Shown in pieces: positions 38,978 to 49,431 of a stretch of DNA of 64,000 bases. The position numbers and the translations under genes are program-made. The stretch comes from an uncultured Fidelibacterota bacterium. GTDB taxonomy: Bacteria > Fidelibacterota > Marinisomatia > Marinisomatales > Marinisomataceae. Within the stretch, counting starts at the first letter, position 1; each line of letters opens with the position of its first letter. The DNA is taken from contig CACGRA010000001.1 in assembly GCA_902575395.1 (NCBI GenBank), forward strand, positions 1,741-65,740, read 5' to 3'. The notes under the pieces are model-generated. The model was not told the DNA's origin, searched no databases, and was given only the letters and a program-made list of their open reading frames with translations.

Positions 38978-39636
38978 GGAGACACCACTTGTTTAATAAA
39001 GCCAAACCATAGTGGGATTGATATAAACCCAAGAGGAATCCAAAGCCAAAAAAGAGAGGAAACGCCAACATAAATCTTTTCGTATTTTGTTCCTTTAATC
39101 CCGAGGGTTTGTCCCGCAGAAAGAAAGCCGTGTTTTAGGTGGTAACCCAAAAGAGCAATAGCAACAATATAAAAAACAGAAAAAAACGGATTACCAAAAC
39201 CAACTTCATTTCCCAAAACAACCTGATAATATGATTCGGGGTGTTCAAAATTAAATTTATACCAAAAAGTTGCCCAGTGAGTTATTAAAAAAATAAAAAC
39301 AAAGCTTCCTGTGATTGAAGCTGTGCGGGCGGCCTGAGAGGTGTTTGTTTTGCTGTATGATCCGCTTTTTTGTTTTGCCTTTCTGTTGCTCCACCACAAA
39401 GAAATTCCGGTATACGCATGGCTAAAAACAAAAAGTAGCAGAAAAAATTCTGCAACTCTTACAAGGGGCTTAAAATAGTTTAGTTTTTCAACATAAGAGT
39501 TAAAAGCTTGTTCGCTAACAAACAAAAAAAGGTTTCCAAAAAGATGAAACACCATAAAAAAAGAAAGAAGAAGGCCTGTTATAGCCATTAAAACCTTCTT
39601 TCCAATTGAAGATGTTAATATTCGAAATATGGACAT
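38974..39636 (-). CDS. sdhC: Succinate dehydrogenase cytochrome b subunit (b558-type, single membrane anchor)
   Basis: About 220 aa with 5 TM segments and N-terminus [25 protein letters not shown] moved the start to ATG 39636. The order is sdhC-A-B. Confidence 0.8.
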   Translation of the reverse strand: MSIFRILTSSIGKKVLMAITGLLLSFFMVFHLFGNLFLFVSEQAFNSYVEKLNYFKPLVRVAEFFLLLFVFSHAYTGISLWWSNRKAKQKSGSYSKTNTSQAARTASITGSFVFIFLITHWATFWYKFNFEHPESYYQVVLGNEVGFGNPFFSVFYIVAIALLGYHLKHGFLSAGQTLGIKGTKYEKIYVGVSSLFWLWIPLGFISIPLWFGFIKQVVSP

Positions 39637-39696
39637 AAATTTGTTGGTGTTAATACTTATTTTATAACCTATTTTTATAAAGAGAAAGACAAAAAC

Positions 39697-41097
39697 ATGG
39701 GAGCGTTTGGTACAGTAGCAGGAGGACATAAAGACACTGTTGATGCAGCAGAAAATATCTTAAAAGACGGGGGAAACTCTTTTGATGCAGCAATTGCTGG
39801 AGTTTTTGTTTCTTTTGTTTCTGAATATTTATATACAAGCCCTGCTGGTGGCGGGGCTCTTCTTGCCTGCAAAAAAAACCAAGCACCTGTCTTGTTTGAT
39901 TTTTTTGTTGAAAGCCCAAAAACAAAAGGAAGAGAAGTGGGAGATTTCCAAAAAATTGTTGCTGATTTTGGAAACACAAAACAAAGCTTTCATATTGGAA
40001 TGGGCTCTGTTGGGGTCCCCGGTGTTTTGCCTGGACTAATTCATGTGCACAAAAAGCTTGGGAGCCTGCCTTTCTCTGTGCTGGTTGAACAGGCTGTTTT
40101 TCTTGCAAAAAAGGGGGTTAAGGTTTCTAAAAACCAAGAGTATTTAACGCAGGTGTTGGCTCCCGTAATATCTGGTTCAGAAAAAATAAAAAATCTTTTT
40201 TTAAAAGAAGGCTCTCTTTTAAAATATGGTGATTCGTTTTACAACCCTGAAATGGGCAGCTTTTTAGAAAATTTTTTACACGAAGACCCTGAAAGCTTTT
40301 ATATAAACGATGTTTGTTCTTTGTTTTTTGAAGCGTTTTCTGATGGGGGAATTATTGGTCTTAGAGATCTTGTGGGTTACTCGGTTAAAGAAAGGGCCCC
40401 GCTTGTTCAAGAACACAAGGGGTATAAAATTTTTACAAATCCCCCTCCCTCAACGGGCGGAACAATGATTCTTAACGCGCTAAGCTCTCTTTCAAAAGAG
40501 GGGGCTGTGGGGCCAAAAGAAATTGAAAAGGCCTTAATGTTGGCACAGCCTTTTGGGGAGGCCAGGTCTAGCTCTGTTGGGTCTACAACGCACCTAAGCA
40601 TTATAGATAAAAACAAAAATGTTGCATCAATTACAACAACAAATGGCGTGGGCGCAGGAAGGTTAATTGGAAACACGGGAGTGATGCCAAACAACATGTT
40701 GGGAGAAGAACATTTAAACCCTCATGGTTTTCATGCTTGGCCTAAAAAACAAAGAATCCCGAGCAATATTGCACCAACCCTTGTTTTTAAAAACAAGGAG
40801 CCTGTTTTGGCCCTTGGTTCCGCAGGAAGCAGCAGAATTGTTTCTGCAATTATATGTACGCTTGCAAACCTTATTAACAACGGATCCTCAATTGAAGAAG
40901 CTGTTAGCTCCCCTCGTTTACATATTGAAAACGGGGTGCTACACCACGAGCCGCTTAAGGGGTGGGGCGCTGTCTCTGGTTTTAAAAACAAGGAGGTTGT
41001 TAGCTGGAAAGAAAAAAATATGTATTTTGGTGGAGTTAATGTTGTGGGGGTTGAGTCTTCTTTTGGAGACGATCGAAGAAGCGGCTACAGTCTTTAG
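39697..41097 (+). CDS. ggt: Gamma-glutamyltransferase-family protein (short form, no signal peptide)
   Basis: The blocks GGNSFDAAIAG, the autoprocessing/nucleophile region GSTTHLSIIDKNKN and GSAGSSRI; 466 aa. Confidence 0.85.
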   Translation: MGAFGTVAGGHKDTVDAAENILKDGGNSFDAAIAGVFVSFVSEYLYTSPAGGGALLACKKNQAPVLFDFFVESPKTKGREVGDFQKIVADFGNTKQSFHIGMGSVGVPGVLPGLIHVHKKLGSLPFSVLVEQAVFLAKKGVKVSKNQEYLTQVLAPVISGSEKIKNLFLKEGSLLKYGDSFYNPEMGSFLENFLHEDPESFYINDVCSLFFEAFSDGGIIGLRDLVGYSVKERAPLVQEHKGYKIFTNPPPSTGGTMILNALSSLSKEGAVGPKEIEKALMLAQPFGEARSSSVGSTTHLSIIDKNKNVASITTTNGVGAGRLIGNTGVMPNNMLGEEHLNPHGFHAWPKKQRIPSNIAPTLVFKNKEPVLALGSAGSSRIVSAIICTLANLINNGSSIEEAVSSPRLHIENGVLHHEPLKGWGAVSGFKNKEVVSWKEKNMYFGGVNVVGVESSFGDDRRSGYSL

Positions 41098-41795
41098 CTT
41101 TGAAGCCAAGAAAAAAGTTTTTTAGATTCTTTGCTTTCTTTTAACAGTTCGGGGTGCCACTGAACCCCAATAAAATTGTTTTTGTTTTCAATTTCTATGG
41201 CCTCAACAACTTTGTCGTCGGAGCGCGCTGTAACCTTTACGCTTTCTCCAAGCTTTTTAATACACTGATGATGTGTGCTTGCAACCCGAATTGTGTCTGA
41301 CTGAAGAACATCAAACAGTAGGCTTTCTTTAAAAATTTGGGCAGTGTGCAGGCTGTGTTTTCCGTTAAACTTTCCATGGTCTATTGCATCAGGAACAAGG
41401 GTTGGGATGTCCTCTGTTAGCGTGCCTCCCAAAACAATGTTTACATGTTGCATTCCTAGGCATATTGCTAAAATTTTTTTGTTTTGTTTTATTGTTTCTA
41501 AAAAAACAAGCCTATCAAAAGACTCTCTTTCTTTTGACATTTGATCTTGGTCAATCAGGCTTGGGTTTTCAGCACCATAAACGCTTGCTGGAACATCCGG
41601 GCCCCCAACCATTAAAAAGGCGTCTATTTGGTTAACAATGTTTGGGATTTCTTCTTTGTTTGGTGGGTGGTTTAGTGTTACCGGACACCCGCCAGACTCC
41701 CACACAGACAAATAATACTCTTCTTTGGTTGCGTTCCAAAAAGAGCCTTTTCTTTCTATGTGATAGGGGGTAATCCCTATCAAAGGTTTTTTCAT
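41094..41795 (-). CDS. Class I glutamine amidotransferase-like gamma-glutamyl hydrolase (peptidase C26 / PuuD-like)
   Basis: Nucleophile block ILAICLGMQ and the VQWHPE block; 233 aa. Confidence 0.85.
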   Translation of the reverse strand: MKKPLIGITPYHIERKGSFWNATKEEYYLSVWESGGCPVTLNHPPNKEEIPNIVNQIDAFLMVGGPDVPASVYGAENPSLIDQDQMSKERESFDRLVFLETIKQNKKILAICLGMQHVNIVLGGTLTEDIPTLVPDAIDHGKFNGKHSLHTAQIFKESLLFDVLQSDTIRVASTHHQCIKKLGESVKVTARSDDKVVEAIEIENKNNFIGVQWHPELLKESKESKKLFSWLQS

Positions 41796-41816
41796 CAGCC
41801 CTGTTTCCCCTTTTTA

Positions 41817-42938
41817 TTAAAACTTATATTCGTTCAGTTTTGGAATTTGTTTTTTTAGGTCTTCAAATGTGCCTGTATACTTTTTCTTATTATATTGCAC
41901 ATCCCAAGACCCTGAAGGTTCGCCCTCCGTAAAAAACCCTTTTACTATTGGGTTTTTTCTCGGCGCAACATAGTTCCATTCTCCGCTTTTTTTGTTGTTA
42001 AGATACTGTCCTGTGCCATAAAAGCGCGATGCAAAATCAATGTCTGGGCCTTCTGTCCAGCTTCCTTCTTTTATATTGTTTTTATATGTTCCTTCGGCTG
42101 TTCTTCTTCCATTTTTTTTATAGTGTGACCACATGCCTTCTTTTTTTCCAAAAATATATGCTCCGCTTTGTTTTCGTTCCAAAGACCCGTCTTCTTTCTC
42201 ATTATAATACTCTTCCCAGTCGCCGGTTCTTACTCCGTTATCATACGTCCCTTTGCCTCTGTTGTTTGCATAAATTGATAGGTTGTGGAAAGCTCCATTC
42301 AAAACTCCGCCTACATAGTTTTCTTGCCAGCCCTTGTCTTCGCCTTTTTCAAACCATGTCCATTTTCCTTCTTTTTTTCCGTCTACATATTCGCCCTCAC
42401 TAACAAGAACTTCATTGGCGTCCCAACTTTTCCATGTACCAACTCTTTTCCAGTTTTCATAGTCGCCAGCTCTTGTTACTGCGCGGGTGTTTAGGTCCCA
42501 CTCTCTCCATCGACCCGAGCCTTCTTCAAAGGTGATTTCTCCTGATTTTCTTATTCGGTTTTCGCTGTCTCTTCCCCACTGGGTCCAAATACCAACCGGG
42601 TTTCCGTTTTCATAGTTAATATATTCTAGCCTTTTGCTTTTTTCTCTCGCCCCAGGAAAAACGTATGTAATCTGTTCGCCGTCTGGTGTCCCCTTAATAT
42701 AGTTTGCAGTGCGCTGTGTCCCCTGCGCAAGATCAATCTCAATCCATTCGCCGTCTTTTAGTCCTTTTTTGTAAGAACCGAGCGGCTCGCCATACCTGTC
42801 AAGGACTGTTCCAGAATAAAGACTGTTAGAGTCTTTCTTGTAGGCAAGCCCTTCTTTTATGGTGATTTCTTCTTGATAAATTTCTCCTGCACAAGAAAAA
42901 AGCACCAATGCAAACAAAAACAAAAATATTTTTTTCAT
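41817..42938 (-). CDS. MORN/YwqK-like repeat lipoprotein
   Basis: Signal peptide with lipobox (LVLFSC), then many G-x-W-x-x-W/Y-type repeats (GEWIE, GIWTQW, GTWKSW, GKWTWF, GDWEEY, GMWSHY, GSWTE, GEWNY). Confidence 0.75.
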   Translation of the reverse strand: MKKIFLFLFALVLFSCAGEIYQEEITIKEGLAYKKDSNSLYSGTVLDRYGEPLGSYKKGLKDGEWIEIDLAQGTQRTANYIKGTPDGEQITYVFPGAREKSKRLEYINYENGNPVGIWTQWGRDSENRIRKSGEITFEEGSGRWREWDLNTRAVTRAGDYENWKRVGTWKSWDANEVLVSEGEYVDGKKEGKWTWFEKGEDKGWQENYVGGVLNGAFHNLSIYANNRGKGTYDNGVRTGDWEEYYNEKEDGSLERKQSGAYIFGKKEGMWSHYKKNGRRTAEGTYKNNIKEGSWTEGPDIDFASRFYGTGQYLNNKKSGEWNYVAPRKNPIVKGFFTEGEPSGSWDVQYNKKKYTGTFEDLKKQIPKLNEYKF

Positions 42939-42996
42939 ATTCTCTCCTCGATATGTAGAAATTTGTAAATTCTATTAATCGAATAATGTAAAAATT

Positions 42997-45666
42997 ATGG
43001 CTGTTAAGAAAAAGATTTACTTTTTCTCTGAACAAAAAACTGACGGAAGAAAATCAATGTCAGATCTGTTGGGGAGCAAGGGGGCAAACATTGCAGAAAT
43101 GTGTCGTCTTGGGCTGCCTGTGCCTCCTGGTTTTACCGTTTCAACAGAGGTTTGTGGGGAATTTTTAAGAAAAAAATCTCTTGGAACAAGCCTAAAAAAA
43201 GACATTCAAAAAAACATTCAATCTCTTGAAAAAATAACAAACAAGTCTTTTGGGGGAGAAAACCCTTTGCTTCTTTCTGTGCGATCTGGCGCAAAATTTT
43301 CAATGCCTGGAATGATGGAAACCGTGCTAAACGTTGGTCTAACATCAAAAACTGTCAAAGCCCTTGTTCGGTCTTCAAGCAGTGAGCGCTTTGTTTATGA
43401 TTCATATAGACGATTAATTATGATGTATGCTGATGTGGTAATGGAAAAAGGCTTGGGTCTTGGGGGCTCTCCCGGGATAAGAGAAAAGATGGAGCACATG
43501 CTTGAAACAATGAAAAAAAAGAATAAATATTCGAGCGATTCTGAAGTTTCGGCAAAAGAATGGAAGGGGCTTATTAAAAAATATTTATCTTTAATAGAAC
43601 AAAATTTTGGGGTTCCTTTCCCAGACGACCACAACAAGCAGTTAAGCGGCGCAATTGAGGCTGTTTTTTTAAGCTGGAACGGGAAAAGAGCAAAAGAGTA
43701 TCGGGCTTTTGAAAAAATTTCTAATAAGGCTGGGACAGCAGTAAATGTACAGTCTATGGTTTTTGGAAACCTTGGAAAGGGCTGTGGAACTGGGGTAGCA
43801 TTTACAAGAAACCCGTCAAACGGAGAAAACAGTTTTTTTGGGGAGTGGCTCCCAAACGCACAAGGGGAAGATGTTGTGGCTGGAATTAGAACTCCTCAAA
43901 AAATATCCGGCCCTCAAAAAGGGTCCCTTCAAAAAGAAATGCCAAAAGCCTACAAAGATCTAGAAAAAACAAGAAAAAAGCTTGAGAAACATTTTAAAGA
44001 GATGCAAGATATTGAATTTACAATCGAGAACGATAAGCTTTGGATGCTACAAACCCGAACAGGAAAACGCAGTGGGGCGGCAGCCATTAAAATAGCAACA
44101 GACATGGTAGCTGAAAGGCTTATAAAAAAAGACGAAGCAATTAGACGAATTGAGCCAAGCCAGGTATACGAAAGCATTTTAAAAAATATTGTAGAAGAAG
44201 ACCTAAAAAAAGCTGTTTTGCTTGGAAGGGGCTTGCCAGCTGGACCGGGGGCGGCAACAGGACAGGTTGTTTTTTGTGCAGAAAAAGCGGAAGAACTTGG
44301 GAAAAAAGGCAAGGATGTTATTTTAGTAAGAAGAGAAACTTCTCCGGAAGATATTCACGGAATGCGCTACGCTTCGGGCATTCTGACAGAAAGGGGCGGC
44401 CTCACAAGCCATGCAGCACTTGTTGCAAGGGGTTGGGGAAAAAGCTGCGTAGTTGGTTTTTATGGCCTTAAAATTGCAGAAAACAACAAGTCTGCTTTTT
44501 TTGGAAAAAAAAGAATAAAAGAGGGAGAGTGGGTAACTCTTAATGGCGCAGACGGGTCTATCTTTGAAAAAAAACTAGAGCTTTTTCAGCAACCCATTAA
44601 AGACTTTGAGCCGCTGCGTCTTTTGTTGAGCTGGGCAGACAGATATAGAAAGCTTCATGTTAGAACAAACGCGGACACCCCCGAAGATTGTGTTCAGGCC
44701 TTGCAGTTTGGGGCGCAGGGGGTTGGGCTTTGTAGAACAGAGCATATGTTTTTTAATGAAAAACGAATTCTTCAGTTTAGAAAAATGATTTTGGCTGGCA
44801 AAAGAGAGGCTCGCCTAAAACACTTAAGGGGCCTGTTGCCATATCAAAGAAAAGACTTTTATAAAATCTTAAACACAATGGACGGCCTTCCTGTTACCGT
44901 TCGCCTTTTAGACCCTCCTTTTCATGAGTTTTTGGATATCGGAGAAAAAGAGGTGGCCTCTCTTGCAAAAACCTTAAAAGAAACTAAAAAAGAAATAATA
45001 AGAAGAATCGATCAACTACAAGAAGTAAACCCAATGTTAGGGCGTCGAGGGTGTCGGCTTGGGATTTCCTATCCAGAAATTACGGAGATGCAGGTAGAAG
45101 CCATTCTGGGCGCTGCCTTAGAGCTTAAAAAAGAAAAAAAGAACCCAAGGGTGGAAATTATGGTTCCTCTCGTTGGAAGCCTGGAAGAGTTTTTACACCA
45201 AAAAAACATAATTATTAATACATATGAAAAGCTTTCTAAAAAACACAAACAAAAGCTCTCATACAAGATTGGAACCATGATTGAAATTCCTAAGGCCTGT
45301 TTTAGCGCAGGCATAATTGCCAAAAACGCTGACTTTTTTAGCTTTGGAACAAACGACTTAACACAAACAACTTTTGGTTTTAGCCGAGACGACGTTGGGA
45401 GTTTTTTCCCGGGATATCTTGAAAAAGGCATTTTGACCTTTGATCCGTTTGAAAGCATTGATGAGAAAGGCGTTGGGGCCCTTATGGATATCGCTATAAA
45501 AAGTGGAAAGAAAAACAATCCGACTCTTTCTTTGGGCGTTTGTGGAGAACATGGCGGAGACCCAAAAAGTATTAATTTTTGTAACGAGATTGGTTTACAT
45601 TATGTAAGCTGCTCCCCTTTTAGGGTTCCTGTTGCAAGGCTAGCAGCTGCGCAGGCGGTATTATGA
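42997..45666 (+). CDS. ppdK: Pyruvate, phosphate dikinase
   Basis: 889 aa with the phospho-His region GGLTSHAALVARGWGK and the C-terminal PEP-utilising blocks FFSFGTNDLTQ and GVCGEHGGDP. Confidence 0.96.
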   Translation: MAVKKKIYFFSEQKTDGRKSMSDLLGSKGANIAEMCRLGLPVPPGFTVSTEVCGEFLRKKSLGTSLKKDIQKNIQSLEKITNKSFGGENPLLLSVRSGAKFSMPGMMETVLNVGLTSKTVKALVRSSSSERFVYDSYRRLIMMYADVVMEKGLGLGGSPGIREKMEHMLETMKKKNKYSSDSEVSAKEWKGLIKKYLSLIEQNFGVPFPDDHNKQLSGAIEAVFLSWNGKRAKEYRAFEKISNKAGTAVNVQSMVFGNLGKGCGTGVAFTRNPSNGENSFFGEWLPNAQGEDVVAGIRTPQKISGPQKGSLQKEMPKAYKDLEKTRKKLEKHFKEMQDIEFTIENDKLWMLQTRTGKRSGAAAIKIATDMVAERLIKKDEAIRRIEPSQVYESILKNIVEEDLKKAVLLGRGLPAGPGAATGQVVFCAEKAEELGKKGKDVILVRRETSPEDIHGMRYASGILTERGGLTSHAALVARGWGKSCVVGFYGLKIAENNKSAFFGKKRIKEGEWVTLNGADGSIFEKKLELFQQPIKDFEPLRLLLSWADRYRKLHVRTNADTPEDCVQALQFGAQGVGLCRTEHMFFNEKRILQFRKMILAGKREARLKHLRGLLPYQRKDFYKILNTMDGLPVTVRLLDPPFHEFLDIGEKEVASLAKTLKETKKEIIRRIDQLQEVNPMLGRRGCRLGISYPEITEMQVEAILGAALELKKEKKNPRVEIMVPLVGSLEEFLHQKNIIINTYEKLSKKHKQKLSYKIGTMIEIPKACFSAGIIAKNADFFSFGTNDLTQTTFGFSRDDVGSFFPGYLEKGILTFDPFESIDEKGVGALMDIAIKSGKKNNPTLSLGVCGEHGGDPKSINFCNEIGLHYVSCSPFRVPVARLAAAQAVL

Positions 45667-46841
45667 AAAAAAATTTTGATATTATAGTTTATGGGGCAAC
45701 CGGGTTTACGGGGGCCCTGTGTGTAAAGTATCTAAAAGAAAACTATTCTGATTTGGTTTGGGGGATTGCGGGAAGAAACCAAAAAAAACTTGAAGACTTA
45801 TCAAAAAACCTTGGTATTAATTGTAAAATCTTTATTGCTGACGGCAACGATCTTTCGGCGCTAAACGAAATAACAAAACAAACAAAAGTTGTTTTAACAA
45901 CTGCTGGCCCTTTCCACAGATATGGGTCAAAGCTTGTTGCTTCGTGTGTAAAAAACTCAACACACTACGTTGATATTACGGGTGAGAATTTTTGGGTAAA
46001 AAAGATGATCGAAAAACACCACGAAGAAGCAAAGAAAAAAGGGGTTAGAATCGTTCCTTCTTGCGGGTATGATTCTGTTCCTTCAGATCTTGGTTGTTTT
46101 TTTGCTGCAAAAGCTTTCGGAAAAAAAATCAAAAACATTCACTCTTTCCACACCTGGAAGGGAGAGGCTAGCGGAGGAACAATTGAAACTATGTTTTCAG
46201 CAAAAAGCTCTGGTGCAGACAGGTCTTCCTTTGGAAAGTTTGCCTTAAACCCAAAGGGTTCTATTTCAAACAAACAAAAAGAACAAACAAGCGACAAAGT
46301 TTCTGTCCACTATAACAAGGTTATTGATGCTTGGGTTGGGCCCTTTATTATGGCAATGGCAAACACTCGCGTTGTCAGGCGCGGTGCGGCTCTTTTAGAA
46401 GAGCTTGGAGAGGGTTATGGTAAAGACTTTGTATATAAAGAACATGCATACTATTCATCAAAATCTGCTGCTAGAAAAACCACTTTTTTCCTTGGCGTGT
46501 TGGGGGTTATTATTTTAACGCCGCTTAGCAAGCTTGTTAGACCTTTTTTAAAAAAGCCTGGCCAAGGACCAAGCCAAGCGGTTATGGATGGGGGATTTTT
46601 TAAGTGCAAATTTGTTGTAAACGGAGAGGACGGGAGCCAGAAAATCTATAAAATGCATGCAAGCGGAGACCCGGGATACAAGGTAACATCAAAACTTGTT
46701 TGTGAGAGCGCCATTTCTCTTTTGGGGGACCACAGTCTTTTGCCTGGCGGCGAAAGCTGGGGAGGGGTTTTAACCTCTTCTTCGGGGATAGGGTCTGTTC
46801 TAATAAAAAGGTTGAAAAATGTTGGGGTTGTTTTTGAGTAG
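45663..46841 (+). CDS. Saccharopine dehydrogenase-like NAD(P)-binding oxidoreductase
   Basis: N-terminal Rossmann motif [20 protein letters not shown]; 392 aa. An ATGA overlap couples it to the ppdK stop. Confidence 0.78.
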   Translation: MKKNFDIIVYGATGFTGALCVKYLKENYSDLVWGIAGRNQKKLEDLSKNLGINCKIFIADGNDLSALNEITKQTKVVLTTAGPFHRYGSKLVASCVKNSTHYVDITGENFWVKKMIEKHHEEAKKKGVRIVPSCGYDSVPSDLGCFFAAKAFGKKIKNIHSFHTWKGEASGGTIETMFSAKSSGADRSSFGKFALNPKGSISNKQKEQTSDKVSVHYNKVIDAWVGPFIMAMANTRVVRRGAALLEELGEGYGKDFVYKEHAYYSSKSAARKTTFFLGVLGVIILTPLSKLVRPFLKKPGQGPSQAVMDGGFFKCKFVVNGEDGSQKIYKMHASGDPGYKVTSKLVCESAISLLGDHSLLPGGESWGGVLTSSSGIGSVLIKRLKNVGVVFE

Positions 46842-48483
46842 GTCTCTTTTTTGTTTGTTTTTATTTTTTTTTATTGGAACAGCTTCGCTAGAAGCACAAA
46901 CAAACAGCTCTTCAAAGGACTACAACTCTCTTGTGGATCTTTTTTATGAGTGGAGAGAGTTTGAAAACCCTCCCCTTTTAAACGGAGCACCAAACTACAC
47001 AAAAAACAGCTTTAACAAAAGACACGCAGAGTTTAAAAAGCTTAAGGCTCGCCTAAAAAAAATTGATGTTTCGGGGTGGGAGAAGGCTCAAAAAATAGAC
47101 TTTGAGATTGTTTTAGCAGAAATGAATGGTTATGATTTTAACTATAAGGTTTTAAGGCCTTGGCAAAGAGACCCTGCTTTTTACCAAACCATATGGACAT
47201 ATCAAAGCGATGTTCCTGCTCACGAAGGACCAACAAACCACGCCGTGCTGGAGCTTTGGACATACAGCTTTCCTCTTACAAAACAAGAAAAAGAGAGGCT
47301 AACAAAAGAGTTGTTGGTAATTCCGCCCCTTTTAAAACAGGCAAGAAAGAATTTAACTGGAAACGCAAAAGACCTGTGGGTTGCGGGAATTAAAAACCTT
47401 GAAAAACAAGAAAAGGTTTTGGCTGGTCTGCAGAAAAAAATAAACAACAAGACGCCTGCTTTGGTTGGAGCTCTTGAAAAAGCAAAACAAGAAACATCTT
47501 TTTTTGTTGCGTGGCTAAAAAAAGAGGCACCAAAGAAAACCGGCCCCTCTGGCGTTGGAAAAGAAAATTATACGTGGTACCAACAAAACGTTCATCTGCT
47601 TCCTTTTACCTGGGAAGAGGAGGTTGCACTTCTTGAAAAAGAGTTGGCGCGAGCGTGGGCCTCTCTTGTTTTAGAAGAACAAAAAAACCGTTCTCTTCCA
47701 CCTATGGTTGCGGCGAGCTCTTCAGAAGAGTTTGATAAAATGGCAGAGGAGGGCGTTAAAAGACTAATGTCTTTTTTGGAAGAAAAAGAAATTATGCCTA
47801 TCAAAAAAAACATGGAGCCCGCACTAAGGGAACACATGGGAAGTTTTGTTAAGGAAGAGAATAGAAACTTTTTTCTAATTGGTATGCACTATGACCCCGT
47901 TCCCCTCTATTCACACTTTTATCACTGGTTTGATTTGGCAGAAATAAGGGACAACCCCCACAAGAGCCCAATAAGAAGAGGGCCTCTTTTATACAATATT
48001 TTTGATTCAAAAAGCGAGGGAATAGCAACTGGTGTTGAAGAAATTTTTATGCACGCCGGGCTATATGAAGACAGCCCAAGATCAAAAGAAATTGTTTGGA
48101 TTATGCTTGCGCAAAGAGCGGCAAGGGGGCTTGGCTCTCTTTATGCACACGCAAACATGATGACGATGGAGGAGGCTGGAAAGGTTCATGTAAGGTGGAC
48201 GCCGAGGGGGTGGATGGAAACAGAGCCACATCTTTTAAGGTTTGAACAACACCTTTATTTAAGGCAGCCCGGGTATGGAACATGCTACATAACCGGTAAA
48301 AACATTGTTGAAAAGCTTTTGGCAGAATATGCTGAACAAAAAGAAGCTGCTGGCGAGCCCTTTATTATGAAAGACTTTTTTAAAGAGTTTAACAGCGCAG
48401 GAAATATTCCTGTAGAGCTGGTTAGATGGGAAATGATAAATAAAGAAAAAAAAGGAGAAAATGATGCACGTATTAATTATTAA
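46819..48483 (+). CDS. Secreted hypothetical protein (possibly DUF885-like; function unknown)
   Basis: 554 aa with a signal peptide ([15 protein letters not shown]). The family assignment is only a weak impression, because I do not see the usual HExxPGHH-type block. Confidence 0.55.
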   Translation: MLGLFLSRSLFCLFLFFFIGTASLEAQTNSSSKDYNSLVDLFYEWREFENPPLLNGAPNYTKNSFNKRHAEFKKLKARLKKIDVSGWEKAQKIDFEIVLAEMNGYDFNYKVLRPWQRDPAFYQTIWTYQSDVPAHEGPTNHAVLELWTYSFPLTKQEKERLTKELLVIPPLLKQARKNLTGNAKDLWVAGIKNLEKQEKVLAGLQKKINNKTPALVGALEKAKQETSFFVAWLKKEAPKKTGPSGVGKENYTWYQQNVHLLPFTWEEEVALLEKELARAWASLVLEEQKNRSLPPMVAASSSEEFDKMAEEGVKRLMSFLEEKEIMPIKKNMEPALREHMGSFVKEENRNFFLIGMHYDPVPLYSHFYHWFDLAEIRDNPHKSPIRRGPLLYNIFDSKSEGIATGVEEIFMHAGLYEDSPRSKEIVWIMLAQRAARGLGSLYAHANMMTMEEAGKVHVRWTPRGWMETEPHLLRFEQHLYLRQPGYGTCYITGKNIVEKLLAEYAEQKEAAGEPFIMKDFFKEFNSAGNIPVELVRWEMINKEKKGENDARINY

Positions 48484-48763
48484 TTTTAGCCTTGATGGGC
48501 TTCCTCACGAAGACTACCTAAAGATTGCCGACGAACTTGCTCCAGCTTTTGCTGAAGTTTCTGGTTTAAAATCAAAAACATGGTTAGCTGACCAAGAAAA
48601 CAATGTTTATGGCGGTGTTTACCTTTTTGAAAGCAAGCAAGCGCTTGACGACTATTGTGGTGGGGAGCTTTTTGCTGGCGTTGGAAGCAACCCAAGCTTT
48701 ACGAATATAAGTGTGAAGGCCTTTGGAACCCTTGGGGGACCAACAGCTGTTTGTACAAAATAG
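48461..48763 (+). CDS. YdhR-like small Dabb-fold protein (putative monooxygenase)
   Basis: 100 aa. The pattern resembles E. coli YdhR: a beta-alpha-beta start, [17 protein letters not shown] compared with GGIYLF in YdhR. Confidence 0.6.
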   Translation: MMHVLIINFSLDGLPHEDYLKIADELAPAFAEVSGLKSKTWLADQENNVYGGVYLFESKQALDDYCGGELFAGVGSNPSFTNISVKAFGTLGGPTAVCTK

Positions 48764-48764
48764 C

Positions 48765-49010
48765 GTGGCTTCCACTGAAATAGATCTACACGGGTGGACA
48801 CACGACGAAGTAAAAAACAAGCTTCCAAACTTGCTAATATTGTGTCACAATAAGGGCGGCTCTCCCATAGAAATCATAACTGGGAACAGTGAAAAAATGA
48901 AGTCCATTGTTCGGGCCCTTTGTAAAAAACATGGGTTTGATGTGGATGAAAAATGGAACACAAACCCTGGAACGGTTGTTATAAGAGAGCGGGGCGTTTT
49001 TAATGTTTAA
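48765..49010 (+). CDS. Stand-alone Smr-domain protein
   Basis: About 81 aa with the Smr hallmark EIDLHGWTHDEV and IEIITGNS .. NPGTVVI. GTG 48765 lies directly after the preceding stop; the ORF-track ATG 48723 is an alternative. Confidence 0.6.
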   Translation: MASTEIDLHGWTHDEVKNKLPNLLILCHNKGGSPIEIITGNSEKMKSIVRALCKKHGFDVDEKWNTNPGTVVIRERGVFNV

Positions 49011-49395
49011 TTTTTCTAAAAAAAACAAAAAAGGGCTGGCTCTTTACCCCACCGCTCTTCAGCGAGCGGCCCTACTACAAAAAGCGTCCTCCGGAGACCC
49101 TGTGGTGATGTTAAACCTCTTGCGGTTTAAAAACAAAGAAGCTTATGGCGAATATGCCGATAAGGTGAGCGGGGTTTCTTCTGGTTTTGGAATAGAGTTT
49201 TTGTTTTTTGGCGAGGTTATAACAACTGTTATAGGAGACGCTGTTTCTTATCATGCTGTTGCTCTTGTAAAGTATCCCTCTATTAAAGCTTTTATTAAGT
49301 TTGCCTCTTCTGGGGAAATGAAAAGCTTTAAAGAAAAAAGAGAAAAAGGGCTAGAAGGGCAATACCTCGTTGCCATAAAAGAGGTTGAGCTTTAA
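49003..49395 (+). CDS. DUF1330-family protein
   Basis: 130 aa with DPVVMLNLLRFKNKEAYGEY and ALVKYPSIKAFIKFASS, as in DUF1330 proteins. Confidence 0.62.
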   Translation: MFNFSKKNKKGLALYPTALQRAALLQKASSGDPVVMLNLLRFKNKEAYGEYADKVSGVSSGFGIEFLFFGEVITTVIGDAVSYHAVALVKYPSIKAFIKFASSGEMKSFKEKREKGLEGQYLVAIKEVEL

Positions 49396-49431
49396 TACTT
49401 CTAACATCGTTCTGTAAAATTTCCTATATTT

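Noticed and set aside
39662-40108. Gln-rich 148-aa ORF and a 100-aa ORF on the minus strand that overlap the start of the GGT-like gene.
   Set aside because: Their composition (QQ and LL runs) is a by-product of the opposite-strand coding sequence. The plus-strand GGT frame has clear family motifs, so these are shadow ORFs.
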